A stretch of 64,000 bases of DNA from Chrysomallon squamiferum (Eukaryota; Animalia; Mollusca), in contig CM022678.1 in NCBI GenBank assembly GCA_012295275.1, positions 1,612,001 through 1,676,000 on the forward strand, read 5' to 3'. Of the stretch, positions 44,434-57,761 are shown one piece after another. Below the pieces are notes generated by a model. The model made no database searches. It was given only the letters and a program-made list of their open reading frames with translations, and had not been told where the DNA came from. The position numbers and the translations under genes were made by a program. Positions within the stretch are counted from its first letter, which is position 1. The number at the start of each line of letters is the position of its first letter.

Positions 44434-44568
44434 CTTCAGGTAGTAAACGAGAAGTTCGTTGAGGGAAGGATCAGCGTTCAGGTTGACCAGGTACGCTCGG
44501 CTGTTCTGAACTTTGATACCCGACGTCTGTACAGAGATTCCCATCTGTTCCAGAGCCTGGTGTCGATC
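44434..44568 (-). CDS. KIF13: KIF13-like exon: CC1 end and start of FHA (DRHQALEQMGISVQTSGIKVQNSRAYLVNLNADPSLNELLVYYLK)
   Basis: Hand translation; LVNLNADP.LNELLVYYLK is characteristic of KIF13; ttctag acceptor, AAG|gtaagt donor; 45 codons. Confidence 0.97.
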
Positions 44569-44774
44569 CTAGAACCACACAGACACAACACAGGTTACAT
44601 TTTACCAGTTAGAAATACTGTTGTTCTTTATAGTCATTTTATGTTATTATTATTATTTATTATTTTTATACTCTGCTATTTCATTACTGCAAAGTAATTA
44701 TATTATTTTTACTACTAATATTATTGTTGTTGTTGTTACTGTTGTTACTGTTATTATTATCATCATCATCATTA

Positions 44775-44828
<54 letters not shown>

Positions 44829-45068
44829 AATTAAGAAACCACTAAGTATAAAATAAAAATTTGATTATGTAGAAACATTTAAATTATGACCACAAAATTA
44901 TGACCACATGAAAATGGATCAAAATGAAAATGACAACCAAAGACAGACACATACTGTCAACACAAAACTGGTGTCAACAACACAAAAAACAAAGATGTTG
45001 ACAACACAAAGAGAAATCTGTTGACAACACAAAGATGCTGGTGACACAAGGACAGTGAGAGGACAAAC

Positions 45069-45164
45069 CTGGTGTATCTTCTCTGTTTCCAGCAACTTCT
45101 CCTCCCAGGTCTTTGACATTTCTTTCACTAGTTTCTCAGACTCCTCAACATCCTTCAAGTCTGG
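45069..45164 (-). CDS. KIF13: KIF13-like exon: CC1 (PDLKDVEESEKLVKEMSKTWEEKLLETEKIHQ)
   Basis: EESEKL..TWEEKL kinesin-3 CC1 motif; ttccag acceptor, CAG|gtttgt donor; 32 codons. 5' boundary uncertain because of another in-frame acceptor at 45243-45244. Confidence 0.9.
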
Positions 45165-45199
45165 CTGGAATGTTAGAAAAGTTAAATGACAAATGCAGT

Positions 45200-45700
45200 A
45201 AGTCCTATAGTTCAAACAGTCAAATGTAAGCTGTGTCATACTCTGAAATTCAGTTAAATAACTCAAATACAATCAGTCCTGTAGTTCTATAAATGTAAGT
45301 TGTGTCATACTCTGAAATTCAGTTAAATAACTCAAGTACAATCAGTCCTATAGTTCAAACAGTTAAAAGTAATTTGTGTCATACTCTGAAATTCAGTTAA
45401 ATAACTCAAGTACAATCAGTCCTATAGTTCAAACACTTAAATGTGAGTTGTGTCATACTCTGAAATTCAGTTAAATAAGTCAATCATTCACCAAGTACAA
45501 TCAGTCCTATAGTTCAAACACTTAAATGTGAGTTGTGTCATACTCTGAAATTCAGTTAAATAACTCAAGTACAATCAGTCCTATAGTTCAAACAGTTAAA
45601 AGTAATTTGTGTCATACTCTGAAATTCAGTTAAATAACTCAAACATTCATCAAGTACAATCAGTCCTACAGTTCAAACGGTTAAATGTAAGCTGTGTTAT
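45200..45700. repeat. ~70-85-bp intronic tandem repeat, 6-7 copies
   Basis: GTCATACTCTGAAATTCAGTTAAATAA occurs six times. Confidence 0.92.
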
Positions 45701-45984
45701 TTTAAAGATGGCTGGATATTAAGGAGTTAAATTTATAAGCATTAACAAAAAGATGGCTGAAATTCAACTTTAAGTCTGTGTTACTTTAAAAACGGTAGCA
45801 GTTCAAAACTGTGTTAAATTTAACTTGTTTTGTTTCTTTAAAAATGGTAGTTTAAAATTTAAAACTGCTGGAAATGAAAAGTTTAATTTTAAGTGTTAAT
45901 TTCAAAATGGCTGTGCTGCCAAGTATTAAATTTACAAACAGCCAGACTGGAAAAGGGTTAAATTCACGTTTCAGTCACAAATAC

Positions 45985-46197
45985 CTGAGCAGCACTCAGC
46001 TGTGATCGCAGCGTCTCCACTTCCTCACGCAGTTCGCGGATGATGCGTGCGTTGGGGTCCTCATTGACAACGGCGTGGTTCTCAATGCGCTTGGCTCGGT
46101 CAGCGTACCGCAGCGTCGACAACGTCTCCTCATAGTTGTCTGCGGCAGGGCTGATTGTTGCAACCATCACAGTTTTGCTGTTTCCTCCCAGATTGTC
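45985..46197 (-). CDS. KIF13: KIF13-like exon: end of motor, neck linker and neck coil (DNLGGNSKT...[13 protein letters not shown]...[29 protein letters not shown])
   Basis: Kinesin-3 VNEDPNA neck motif; ttacag acceptor, CAG|gtattt donor; 71 codons, phase 0/0. Confidence 0.97.
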
Positions 46198-46909
46198 CTG
46201 TAACAAAGGGCAGTAACTCTTTAGAAAAACAAGGGGAATAATTCATTATGAATAGTGGTGTTTTTAAAACATTTTTAGCTACAATTATCCTAAAACAAAG
46301 GGAAATAATATTTCCCAATTTACTGTCCCAAAACAAAGGTAAGTAACTTATAACCATTTTTTATTTTTTTTGCAAAGGGGGATAACTCACTACAAATAAT
46401 GATATTAAAACAGAGAACAATAAACTTTAGCAATGTTTATCTAACAACAGAGACAAATAATTCTGATTCCACAACAAAGTTAAGTAACTTTTGTCAGTGA
46501 TAATCTGAAATTGATTGTAAATAGCAGAGTCTGTGCTATTAGGAAAATCTGTTTTCAGGAAAGAATAGTTTTTAACTTACTTAGCTAAACAGAAATGGGA
46601 AAAGGTTTAAATCCTTAAAACTACTTCATGTAGTTATCATAAAATATGTTACAAATGCTGAACTAAAAAACACAGCAGAAGTCACATTTTTAGAAAAGGC
46701 TTTGAATGTAACAATTAATTTTCTTATTTATTCATTTATTCTTTGGGCACAGATTTATAACAATATAAATAAATAAATAAATAAATAACAAGAAGATCTT
46801 TTTAGTTTTAAAATTCTAACATGCAGTAGATTATCATTTTCTAAAAAAAAAAAAAAAAATGAAACAAAAAACAAGCAATATATAGGTCTAAGTGGCACTC
46901 CAAACCAGG

Positions 46910-46923
46910 GTTACCATGGCAAC
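46910..46923. promoter_or_regulatory. RFX X-box GTTACCATGGCAAC
   Basis: Full match to the GTNRCC-AT-RGYAAC consensus. Confidence 0.55.
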
Positions 46924-47349
46924 ATGATCTAATTTGATTGCAGTCACTTCCTGGAGGTAAATAAAAAAAAGCTTTGGGCAAAACACATTTTTAAACATGA
47001 TAAAAACACGGGTTTACCGAAGGCAATGGTAACAAGCTCATTAAGAGGACTGTATTTTAATCACTGTGGCAGGAAATTTGTGCTAACCCAGGGCTAACAG
47101 AAATTCATAAACAACCAACTTCAAAAGATTTGTTTGATTTTGCTGTTGTTGTTTTAGCCATTAGAATGAAACAAAATCAATATGAGTGGTATAAATAAAG
47201 ACAGATTGCAAATGTCAGCTATTATTTGTATTTGACAGAAAACATGTCTGAATGTGCAGTTAGGTAATTTTATCAGAAAACAAAATCACTAACTGCAGCA
47301 AAACAACCCAATATATCTTCATTACAGTCCCCCACAGGGATAATGAGCC

Positions 47350-47808
47350 AGACACACACACACACACACACACAGACACACACACAACACACACACAACA
47401 CTCACACACACACAAAACACACACAACACACACAACACTCACACACACACACCACATACACACAACACTCACACACACACACCACATACACACATACAAC
47501 ACACAACACACACACCACACACACACACACACACACAACACACACAACACACACACACACAAAACACACACACACAACACACACAACACACACAAAACAC
47601 ACACACACAACACACACAACACAAACACACACACACAAACACACACACACACACACACACAACACACACATATACACAACACACACAGACATACACACAC
47701 AGAGACACACACACACACCACACATACACACACAACACACACACAGACACACACACACACACGGACACACACACACAACACACACGGACACACACAGAGA
47801 CACACACA

Positions 47809-47849
<41 letters not shown>

Positions 47850-48005
47850 ACAACACACACAGATATACACACAACACACACACATATACACACACAACAC
47901 ACACATATACACACACACAACACACACATGGACACACACACATGGTCACACACACAACACACACACAGACATACAACACACACACATACACAGACACACA
48001 CACAA
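47350..48005. repeat. Imperfect (CA)n microsatellite field
   Basis: Direct observation. Confidence 0.95.
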
Positions 48006-49624
48006 CATAGTCATCGATATTATTGGAGTTAAGATTATTCACATCATTATGAAAGACATTAGGAAAGTTCATTTAGACACACAAAAAATAAAAAATAGAA
48101 AAAAGATTCTAATGAGACTGATGATGATGCTAAAGAAGTAAAAAGTAATGTCATCAAAAATTAAAACAAAACAAGCACAAAATAATTTGATTTATAAACT
48201 TCCATTAACTCACCATCAGAAAAAAAAAAAAAATAAATAAAAAAAAATAAAAAAATAAAGTAAATAAATATATATAAAAAATAACAAATAATCTTTTGAT
48301 TACTAAAACACTAACTTTATAGTAAACTATTTTATTTGAACCAGAGAAGCTGTGACGTAAAAATAATTTTTAACCCCCGTAAAAATTAATAATAAAAAAA
48401 TGAAAAGGACAAAAAGCCACAACAAACTCCCCCAAGAACATTAACAAAACTGTGAGTGTAATGGTCAGCTGGAGGTCAAAATCTGGACATTCTTGAGTGA
48501 CCATTAAGAAGAATTCTCAAGAGCCCTGCAATGCAGTCATCATCACTGTCAATCATCATCATCATCGTCATCGTCATCATCAGTTAGAAGTGGGTCAAGC
48601 GGCGATGCTGGTCACTAATTTATTTGTCAATTTCCTTTACAAGCACTTCTCAGTCTAGACCGGTCATCAGACGCAATTTACAGCACTGGTCAGCAGGTGA
48701 AACTGGTCATCGATGACTGCCAGGGAATCCACTGAGAATCCCAGCTTCCCCTCCAGCCAAACACTACCCACTTATCTCAGTTGAGAAATAAATCTTCTGT
48801 GAGCGAAGTAAGTTTACTTTTACTTACTCACACACAAGAAGAAGAAGAAGAAGAAGAAGAAGAAGAAGAAGATTGCTGGTTCACTGGTTGGGTGAAAGGG
48901 AAGAGAGAGATGTTCTTGTAGACTGGGTAATGAAAATCTTTTTACTGTGGTCTGCCGATTTCAGTTGTCTTGAGATTTCTATTTTTTATTTTATTTTTTA
49001 TTTTCTATTTTTTATTTTTTCCCCAATAGATTATGTAACATTTTTGTGCTTTACAATTAATAATATTCCAACAAAAAAATTTATAATCTGAAGCAATTAT
49101 TTCAAAATGTATTTTAAAATTATGATTTATTTATTTTTTTACTATTAAATTATTTGGTGTTTTTAGATATTCAAGAATTAAGGATAATTTAAAAGAAAAT
49201 TTCAAATCTTTGGCAATCATCTTGAAAAATTTTTACATTAGATTATGTAAGATTTACATTCAGAACATCAAAAACTAATTTAATTTTTATTTTTTATTTT
49301 TTTTAAATATTTTTTAGACTGAAGGACGTATGCAAATAAAATTAAAGACTTCAAATTTGTGGCAATTTTCTTGATCACCTTTGAGTCAACCTGGAGATTA
49401 TTTTTACAACAAATCACAGTGACACAGTGCTGGGACTTTGATGCAGTCAGAATGTTTTCTCACTAACTTTCTAACTTACTAACTCTGTGTTTTGTGAACA
49501 GCCCAGTGTCTGTGTTGTGTGTTGTGACAGAGTCTTATAGAAACATTCACTGGATGTAAACCTGGTTCTTTGTACAACTCGTAATCAAGCATATTTCAAA
49601 CGTAATGGATATAATGATCTTATC

Positions 49625-49666
<42 letters not shown>

Positions 49667-51019
49667 TAATAAATTTAATAATAATAAAAAAAAAAAAAAA
49701 AAAAAAATTAAAAACAAAAACAAAAGAAACAAAGCACACAAATAAATAAAATTAAAAAAAAAAAAAAAAAATCAAGGAGAATAAAAATGTCACACACACA
49801 CACACACACACACACTGTAACAGGAAACAAACTTTTCAATTATCCCCCTGGTGGGAATGTTTTCGTTGCAATCTGATTATCTCCCTTTGACCGGAAGGAA
49901 ATCTCATTAGGGCATTGGGACTGGGTTGTAAAGGAGAGACTTTCATTTCCTTCTAACCGAATCAGCGCTCGGCGAATGGACAGTGTGCGAGTCAATCAAA
50001 GAGAGACAAATCTCATCTCTTTTCATTAGCCAGGCACTGGTGGGGGTGAAGACAATGAAGCACGCAGAGAGATTTTTAAAATGAAGAGAGTGACGAGAGA
50101 TTTCAAAGCTGCCCAGACTGCTAGTAATTAATCTGTTTTTACACACACACAACCAGTGGGTATTTATTACTGTTTGTTTTTCTGGAGATTTTGTGGAGAA
50201 TGGAAGGGAAGGAGGGATTATGGGATGGTGGAGGAAGAAATAAAGGGAGGTAAGGTGAGAGAGATATAGAAAGAGAGAGAGAGAGAGAGATAGAGAGAGA
50301 GAAAAAATGAAATACAGATATATAGAGAGAGGAAGGAGAATATGAAATGAAAAAGAAACAAGAAAATAAAAGAAATGTTAGAAAAACAAGTAAGAAGGAA
50401 AAAAATGAGATAAGGAAGATTGAAAGAAGAATAAAACAAAAAAGGAAAATGAAAAAAGAAAGATATTTAAAATATATATCTATCTTATAATAATAGTAAT
50501 AGTAATAGTAATTATAAAATTATGAAAAATGTAAGAAAAGAACAAAATTAAAAAAGAGAAAGAGAAGAAATACAGGACAATAAATAAAATGAAAGAAATG
50601 AAAAAAAAAAAAAATCAACATAAAAAAACAAAGAGAAAAGATTGAAAGCAAACCAGATACATTAAAACAGTGGAAATTCTGTTTGAGAATTACCAGACAG
50701 AAAAAAGTTATTGCACCACACATAATTACTTCTCAACATCATCACTCAAACCAAAAATATATAGTGCCTGTCAGAAAAAATCCCAGCAGACTGAATAATA
50801 TATTTTATAAACTAATAGCACTAACCTCAGACAGCTGGTGAGAAAATTCCCAACAGACTGAGTTCCACATTAACGTTATCTTTTAATAATTTATTTATGC
50901 CATAAACCTGACAGCTTAATGATAAAAATAACCTCATCACATCTGTGAAAGATTAAGAAAGTGAAAAATTCACAAAAGACTGAGCTGATGCATTAGTAAG
51001 ACTGAAAGAGTTGTCTCAC

Positions 51020-51131
51020 CTTTAATAGCCATGTTAAAACTGAGTCTCTGTACGGGACAAACTTTCCTTTGTTTTTGTTTCCTGATCTGTCAGCAAGAGC
51101 TGATATCACCAGACCCAGAGTGGTTAAAGAC
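51020..51131 (-). CDS. KIF13: KIF13-like exon: motor domain ([37 protein letters not shown])
   Basis: Hand translation (not in frame in the ORF track); VPYRDS motif; ttacag acceptor, AAG|gtgaga donor; 112 nt completes the phase-2 Lys codon of the previous exon. Confidence 0.97.
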
Positions 51132-51321
51132 CTGTAATAACAATAACAATAACAACAGTAATAGTAATAATAACAATAACAATAAAAACAATAACATCAA
51201 CAATAACAATAACAACAGTAATAGTAATAATAACAATAAAAAATAATCAAAAATAATAATAATAATAAAAAATAATAATAATAAAAACAACAATAACAAC
51301 AATAACAATAACAACAATAAC

Positions 51322-51355
<34 letters not shown>

Positions 51356-51654
51356 TAATAATAATAATAATAGTAACAATAATAACAACAATAATAATAA
51401 TAGTAACTAATAATAATAAAAATAATAAAAAAATAATAATATAATAATAATAACAGTAACAATAATAACAACAACAATAATCTTGTATGTGCATTTTTTG
51501 TATTTAGGTACATAGAGTCATATGCATGTAATTATGTGTTTGTATGTGTGTGTGTGTGTGTGTGTGTATATAATAAAGTAAACATATAGTATATGTAATA
51601 ATAATAACAATAATAACAACAAAATAATAACGTACATATTAATACTCATATACA

Positions 51655-51797
51655 GCACACACACAGACACACAGAGACACACACAGAGACACACACACAT
51701 AGACACACAGAGACACACACACACACACAGAGACATACAGACACACACACGCACAGATACACATACACAATCACACACACACAGACACACACACAGA

Positions 51798-51834
<37 letters not shown>

Positions 51835-52060
51835 ACACACAATCACACACACACACACAGACACACACACACATACACAGACACACACACAGATACACAC
51901 ACAGACACACACAAACACACACAGACACACACACAGACACATAGACACACACAGATACACACAGACACACACACAAACACACACACAGACACACACAACA
52001 CATACACAGACACAAAGATACACACAGACACACACACAGACAGACACACAGACACACACA

Positions 52061-52111
<51 letters not shown>

Positions 52112-52117
52112 ACAGAC
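51655..52117. repeat. Imperfect (CA)n/CAGA microsatellite field next to a KIF13 donor site
   Basis: Direct observation. Confidence 0.95.
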
Positions 52118-52140
52118 AAAACAAACTGTTTGACACTGAC

Positions 52141-52253
52141 TTGTTTATGTTGCTTCCTTCTTTCAGCCTCTCCCCGACTGCTCCAGTTTTCTGAGCGCGC
52201 TCACTGCCAGCCAAGTCTACCAGACTCAGCTTGCTCACCTTCTCTCCAGAGAT
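52141..52253 (-). CDS. KIF13: Kinesin-3 KIF13-like exon: motor domain switch II ([38 protein letters not shown])
   Basis: LVDLAGSER kinesin signature; tttcag acceptor and AA|gtcagt donor; 113 nt, phase 0 to phase 2. Confidence 0.97.
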
Positions 52254-54158
52254 CTGAAACATCCACAAAACATACATCAAACTGTGCAAAACATCCACAA
52301 CAAACACATCAAACTGTGCAAAAAACTCATTTATAACCTTCATTCTGTACACACATTTAATCCTCATTTTCATTCTGGTGACTGTTTAAATTATGAAGAA
52401 GACTTGTTTACGTATCTGTAACTTACTGAAATGTTGTTTAAACAGTTTGTAGTGTGGAAGAAAGAAAGGTTTTATTTAAAATATACGTGGGGTGATGCAA
52501 ATTAAAAAAAATGTCTGTTTAAATTTTGTTTTTATTTTTTAGATTTTTGTTCTGCTGTTTTAGAGTGATCAGTTATCACTCACGACAAAGGATGATATTT
52601 AAAAAAAATTACAAAATAATAATAATAATAATAATAATAACTGTAGCTGTGACATTATCAAGTAAATGGTAGATTTTTAAATTATACACTCAGTAAAAAA
52701 ATAATAATAATAAAAGAAAATAAAGAAAATATATATAAATATATATTTATTTATATTTGTGTGTGTGAATATATATATATATGTATGCATGCATGCATGT
52801 GTGTATGTATGTTTGCATATATATATAAACTTAGTAAGATTAACTTAATGTTATCCATATTATGAATATTATATACCATTTTTATGTCAGGTAATGCTAT
52901 ATATGACTGCTGTATTTTTTCAGTGATATATACAAACAAATAAAATAAAATCACTGATAAAAAACAAGGTATTGCAGCATCAAGCTGAGCTTACAGAACA
53001 TTCGACTCAACAAGTGATAATGAATTTATGCAAAACTGCTTTGCACATATTTAAGCTGATATTTTCACACATTTCATGCAAGATTATAGATGTATCATGT
53101 TTATATGCTGCAACACAGTTTAAGAAAGCTAGCACATATATACTTATTACTGAAGCCGAAATTCAACACAAGATAAAATTGTGAAAAACTGCCACAATTT
53201 AAAACATACATCAGCAGTGATTTTAAGTAGAATTCACACAAAACTGACTAATAATTTTGGCTGTTTTTGGCATTGTTTGTGGGACAGTTGTAATTTTGTC
53301 AGTTTTTGCAAAAATCTTAGTTTTTAAACTTTCTCAGTAAGATGTACTTGTTTCTATGTAATTGCAAAATCTCATTTTCTCTGAATATTTGGCACAAACA
53401 GTTAAAGTCGTGGAAAATGAAATTTTTCAAAGAGTAATCTGTACATACAGTTACTGTTTCAGTAATATGGACAGGGTCTTTTCTGACAAAATTGCACAAA
53501 TGATTTTATTTTTGTTTTACAATTCACAATGATGAGTTTTTAACAAAAACCTGTTTCTTACAGTCAGAGAAGTCAGTAAATATCTTTAGTTTAAACAATA
53601 TGTAAATAAAACAGCAGATGATTATACTTATTATTTTATATATAATTTTATTTGATATTTTATAACATATTAAATTATGTAATATTGACTTGTATTGATT
53701 TGCATTGTTTTATATTATATTATATTACATTTTATATTGTTACATTATATGTTCCTCAGATAATTATTAATACATCTGATTAATTATGCATGCACAGATA
53801 CAAGTAAAAATGGATACTCTGAGAAAATATGGATGTAGCACTGATGTAAGGATGGAAGGATGGAAGGATGGTGGGATAGATATGCAGATAGATATATAGA
53901 TGGATACATGGATGAATGGTTAAATAGATGGTTGGATATTTAATAGGACATATCAAATAAATAAATAAATAAATAAAGAAATAAATAAATAATCGATTTC
54001 TTGAGGTTATGTGAATATCTCAACAAACTTAACACATACTGTAAAATGTTTACATATATATATTTTTGTTTTGGGGGTGTGTTTAGGTTTTGTATTTAGG
54101 AATATGTGATTATAACTATGTATGTCACCATGTACACAAATTTGTGTGCCTGCTTGTC

Positions 54159-54213
<55 letters not shown>

Positions 54214-54503
54214 AACCTTTACCAAAAAAAAGGTGCTGTAATAATAAACTGGATGTCTGGATGGATGGATGGATGAAGTGATAAATGGATTATTACAGGC
54301 AAGGCAGATTACAAGCACAAATAAATGCTTAGTTATGTATTTGAACAACGAGGCCAATAAGTAATTTTAAAACAAGATAAAACAGATATACCACAGCATC
54401 ATCTGTCCCAGCAGACAGCTGAAAGAGAAATTTAGGTTTATAATTAATACAGTGAAGTGTCTGAGACAAATCAAGATAGAGAAAAATATACAATAATATG
54501 TAT

Positions 54504-54575
<72 letters not shown>

Positions 54576-54704
54576 TATGTATCATTTATATCCACATGCA
54601 CACATACAGAGCAATACCAACACAGACACCATCACCAACACAAATTCACATAAACACATAAATTTCTGTTTGGAAAGAAACTGTAACAAAAGAAACATAA
54701 AATA

Positions 54705-55035
54705 AATAAAGGTAACATGTATTAAGATGTTTAAAATAAATACAGGTAATATGTATTAAGATGTTTAAAAGCAATAAAGGTAACATGTATTAAGATGTAT
54801 AAAATAAAGGTAACAGGTATTAAGATGTATAAAATAAATAAAGGTAACATGTATTAAGATGTATAAAATAAATAAAGGTAACATGTATTAAGATGTATAA
54901 AATAAATAAAGGTAACATGTATTAAGATGTTTAAAAGCAATAAAGGTAACAAGTTTTAAGATGTATAAAATAAATAAAGGTATTAAGATGTTTAAAATAA
55001 ATAAAGGAAACAGGTATTAAGATGTATAAAACAAA
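54705..55035. repeat. ~32-bp minisatellite AAATAAAGGTAACATGTATTAAGATGTATAA, ~10 copies
   Basis: Visible tandem units. Confidence 0.9.
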
Positions 55036-55400
55036 CACACAGCCTGCAGGTGAGAAAGGTGACAGGTGTCAGTTTTATAGAGAAGGAGACTGATAAGAGT
55101 GGTTGTCACAATCAACTGCAGTAATTTGTCAAGTTAAAAAAATAACAAAGTATAATAATAGTAAATATATACCGGAAATTGAGGAAAAAAATTAAAATAA
55201 AATATTGAAGAATAAGAGAAAAAAAATGCTTATAAAAAAATCTTTCATAAACTCTCCTGTGTGTTTGTGTGCTGTTCTCTGTATTTCTTTGTGCAGTCAA
55301 AATATTTTCATCTGATATATTATTAAAATCAATCTGTCTTTTTTCCCTCCATATTTCTCATTGTTACTTTCTTTCTCTCACCCTCTACCTCTCTCTCTAT

Positions 55401-55458
<58 letters not shown>

Positions 55459-55712
55459 AACCACATTCACAAACACAGCTACACTTACATTCAAAGGCCA
55501 GTCTTTCTTAACACCCCTCTATAACTACATAATCACAATACTCCTTACACACCCACCACTAACACATCAACACAATATGTCTATAAACATATTAACAAGT
55601 TGACATTTCAGTGTATTTTAGTGATCACATGCGCACACGCACACGCACACACACACACACACACACTTTCTCTCTCTGTTATCTCTTTATTTCTTTTTGA
55701 TTTTACTCAAAC

Positions 55713-55740
55713 CTATAAATAAGGTGTAATTAAGGTGTCA
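55713..55740 (+). promoter_or_regulatory. Possible TATA/MEF2-type element (CTATAAATAA) with two adjacent AGGTGT T-box-like half-sites, upstream of the nested gene
   Basis: Motif match only, ~0.9 kb upstream of the ATG. Confidence 0.3.
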
Positions 55741-55807
55741 GACGGTAATGAGAGATGATGATCGCAAGTTATCACACACACACTAAACCACACACACACA
55801 CACTTTT

Positions 55808-55852
<45 letters not shown>

Positions 55853-56646
55853 CTTTGTGTCAGTCCTGTCACATCAAGTCACATTAAAAACGAATGAGAC
55901 ATTAAGTTATCACACCTGTTACCTACACTGCCCATCCATCTTTGTGTCACAGAACATTTGATCAACTGTCACATCAAGTCAACAGGCAAACGAGCAGACA
56001 TTAAGTACACTGACACTATACTGCATGCAAGTTACAGAACATTTGATCACTCTGAAGCTTTTGGAAGATTACATGAATCATAAGGAACAAAAGGCTTTAT
56101 GTAAAATACGAAAGGTTTGATTGCTGTAAGTTAACTGTGGTTTTTTGGAAGTTTGAACAGACTGTAAGGAACAGAAAGACTTGTAGATGTTATTGGAAAT
56201 AATCTCATACTTAGTGTAAGATATGAAAGAACTGAACACTGGAAGATAACTGAAGGAACACACAAATTTATGAAACAAGGGGTTTTGAAAGAAGCTAGTA
56301 TTTGGAAGAATACATCATTTGATTATTTACCAAAAAAAGTTCAGCAAATGTTATAATCTGTACACACTACACTGAATGTACAAACTGGAGTGTTACTATT
56401 AAACAAGAATTTGAAATTACTGAAGACCCCAAAACTGGATTTAAATTATTTTTGAAAACAAAAACTAGGAATACACAACTGTGTGAATAACTGTATGGAT
56501 ACTGAAACTTTATGAAATCTGATACTTATTTATTTATTTATGAATATCTCAAAGCTATGAGATATTGTGTGAACTTCGTACATGAATAAGTGACATCTCA
56601 CATCTTTAAAAAGAAACATTTCTGAATATATTATTTTTACAAAAAA

Positions 56647-57082
56647 ATGGCAACCACTGCATTCAGATTTCTCTGTACTGCTGTGAACTGTTTACAACGA
56701 CCTGCTTGCTTCTACATCATCGTTACAACATTTCTCTTTACTCTGACAACAACAACAAGAGGAAACCTGGTCACAGTGAGAAACTCTACAACAGAAGTAA
56801 GTGAATCAATTCGTGACAAATCACCAACCACATTGGAATTATCTGAAACAAAAGAGTTCAACTCTTCATTGAACTACTCCAACAAAGTCAAATCTGATTC
56901 TGAACGTTTGGGAAGAATCAGTGAATCAGATGTGAAAGTTTACAGTGTCTGGCTTCATGGTCGGAATATTTCCATGGAAACCACAGCTACAGACATGAAC
57001 AGTGTAAATTCTGAAGGAAACAAGAAAGAAGGGGCAATGTCAGAAATTAATGAAAGTCTGGAAAACAGGATAAAGCGATCCA
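56647..57082 (+). CDS. Nested gene exon 1: signal peptide plus Ser/Thr/Glu-rich segment ending in furin site RIKR
   Basis: aaaATGG start; hydrophobic CFYIIVTTFLFTL; several N-x-S/T sequons; A|gtaagt donor at 57083 in phase 1. Confidence 0.8.
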
Positions 57083-57523
57083 GTAAGTTTTTGTTTTGAA
57101 CATATTTGTTAATTTACATTTTCTTTGATTTTTTATATTATTTAAAAAAATTATATATTTGTTTTTAAATTTGTTTATTTATATGTATTTTGTTTTAGCT
57201 GACAAATTATTTGAATTAAAATTTGCTTTTATTTATATATATTTACATTTAGTATTATTGATTTATTTTTAACTTTTCTTTCTATCAAATTTTTAAACAG
57301 TCCTGTCTTTTGTTTGTATATGTATTACTGACAAAAAAATATAGTAGATGTATGTAGTTTAATTTGAATTCCTTTAATTTCAAAGTGAAAACAAAACAAT
57401 TATTTCCATTTTTCATAAAATATTTTTCAATCATTAGAAATGAATTTTTAATAATAATAATAACCACATTATTGTCATTGTTATCGTTATTATTCATTGT
57501 TATCGTTATTATTCTTGTTGTAA

Positions 57524-57556
<33 letters not shown>

Positions 57557-57652
57557 TAACATTATTGTTGTTATTAATATCATTAATATTATTATTATTA
57601 TTATTACCATTATTTTTATTATTATCATTAATATTACTATTAATATCATTAA

Positions 57653-57686
<34 letters not shown>

Positions 57687-57689
57687 TAC

Positions 57690-57740
<51 letters not shown>

Positions 57741-57761
57741 TACTATTATTAAATATTACAG

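Noticed and set aside
56969-56982. X-box-like TTTCCATGGAAAC
   Set aside because: Lies within coding exon 1 of the nested gene and lacks the initial G of the consensus
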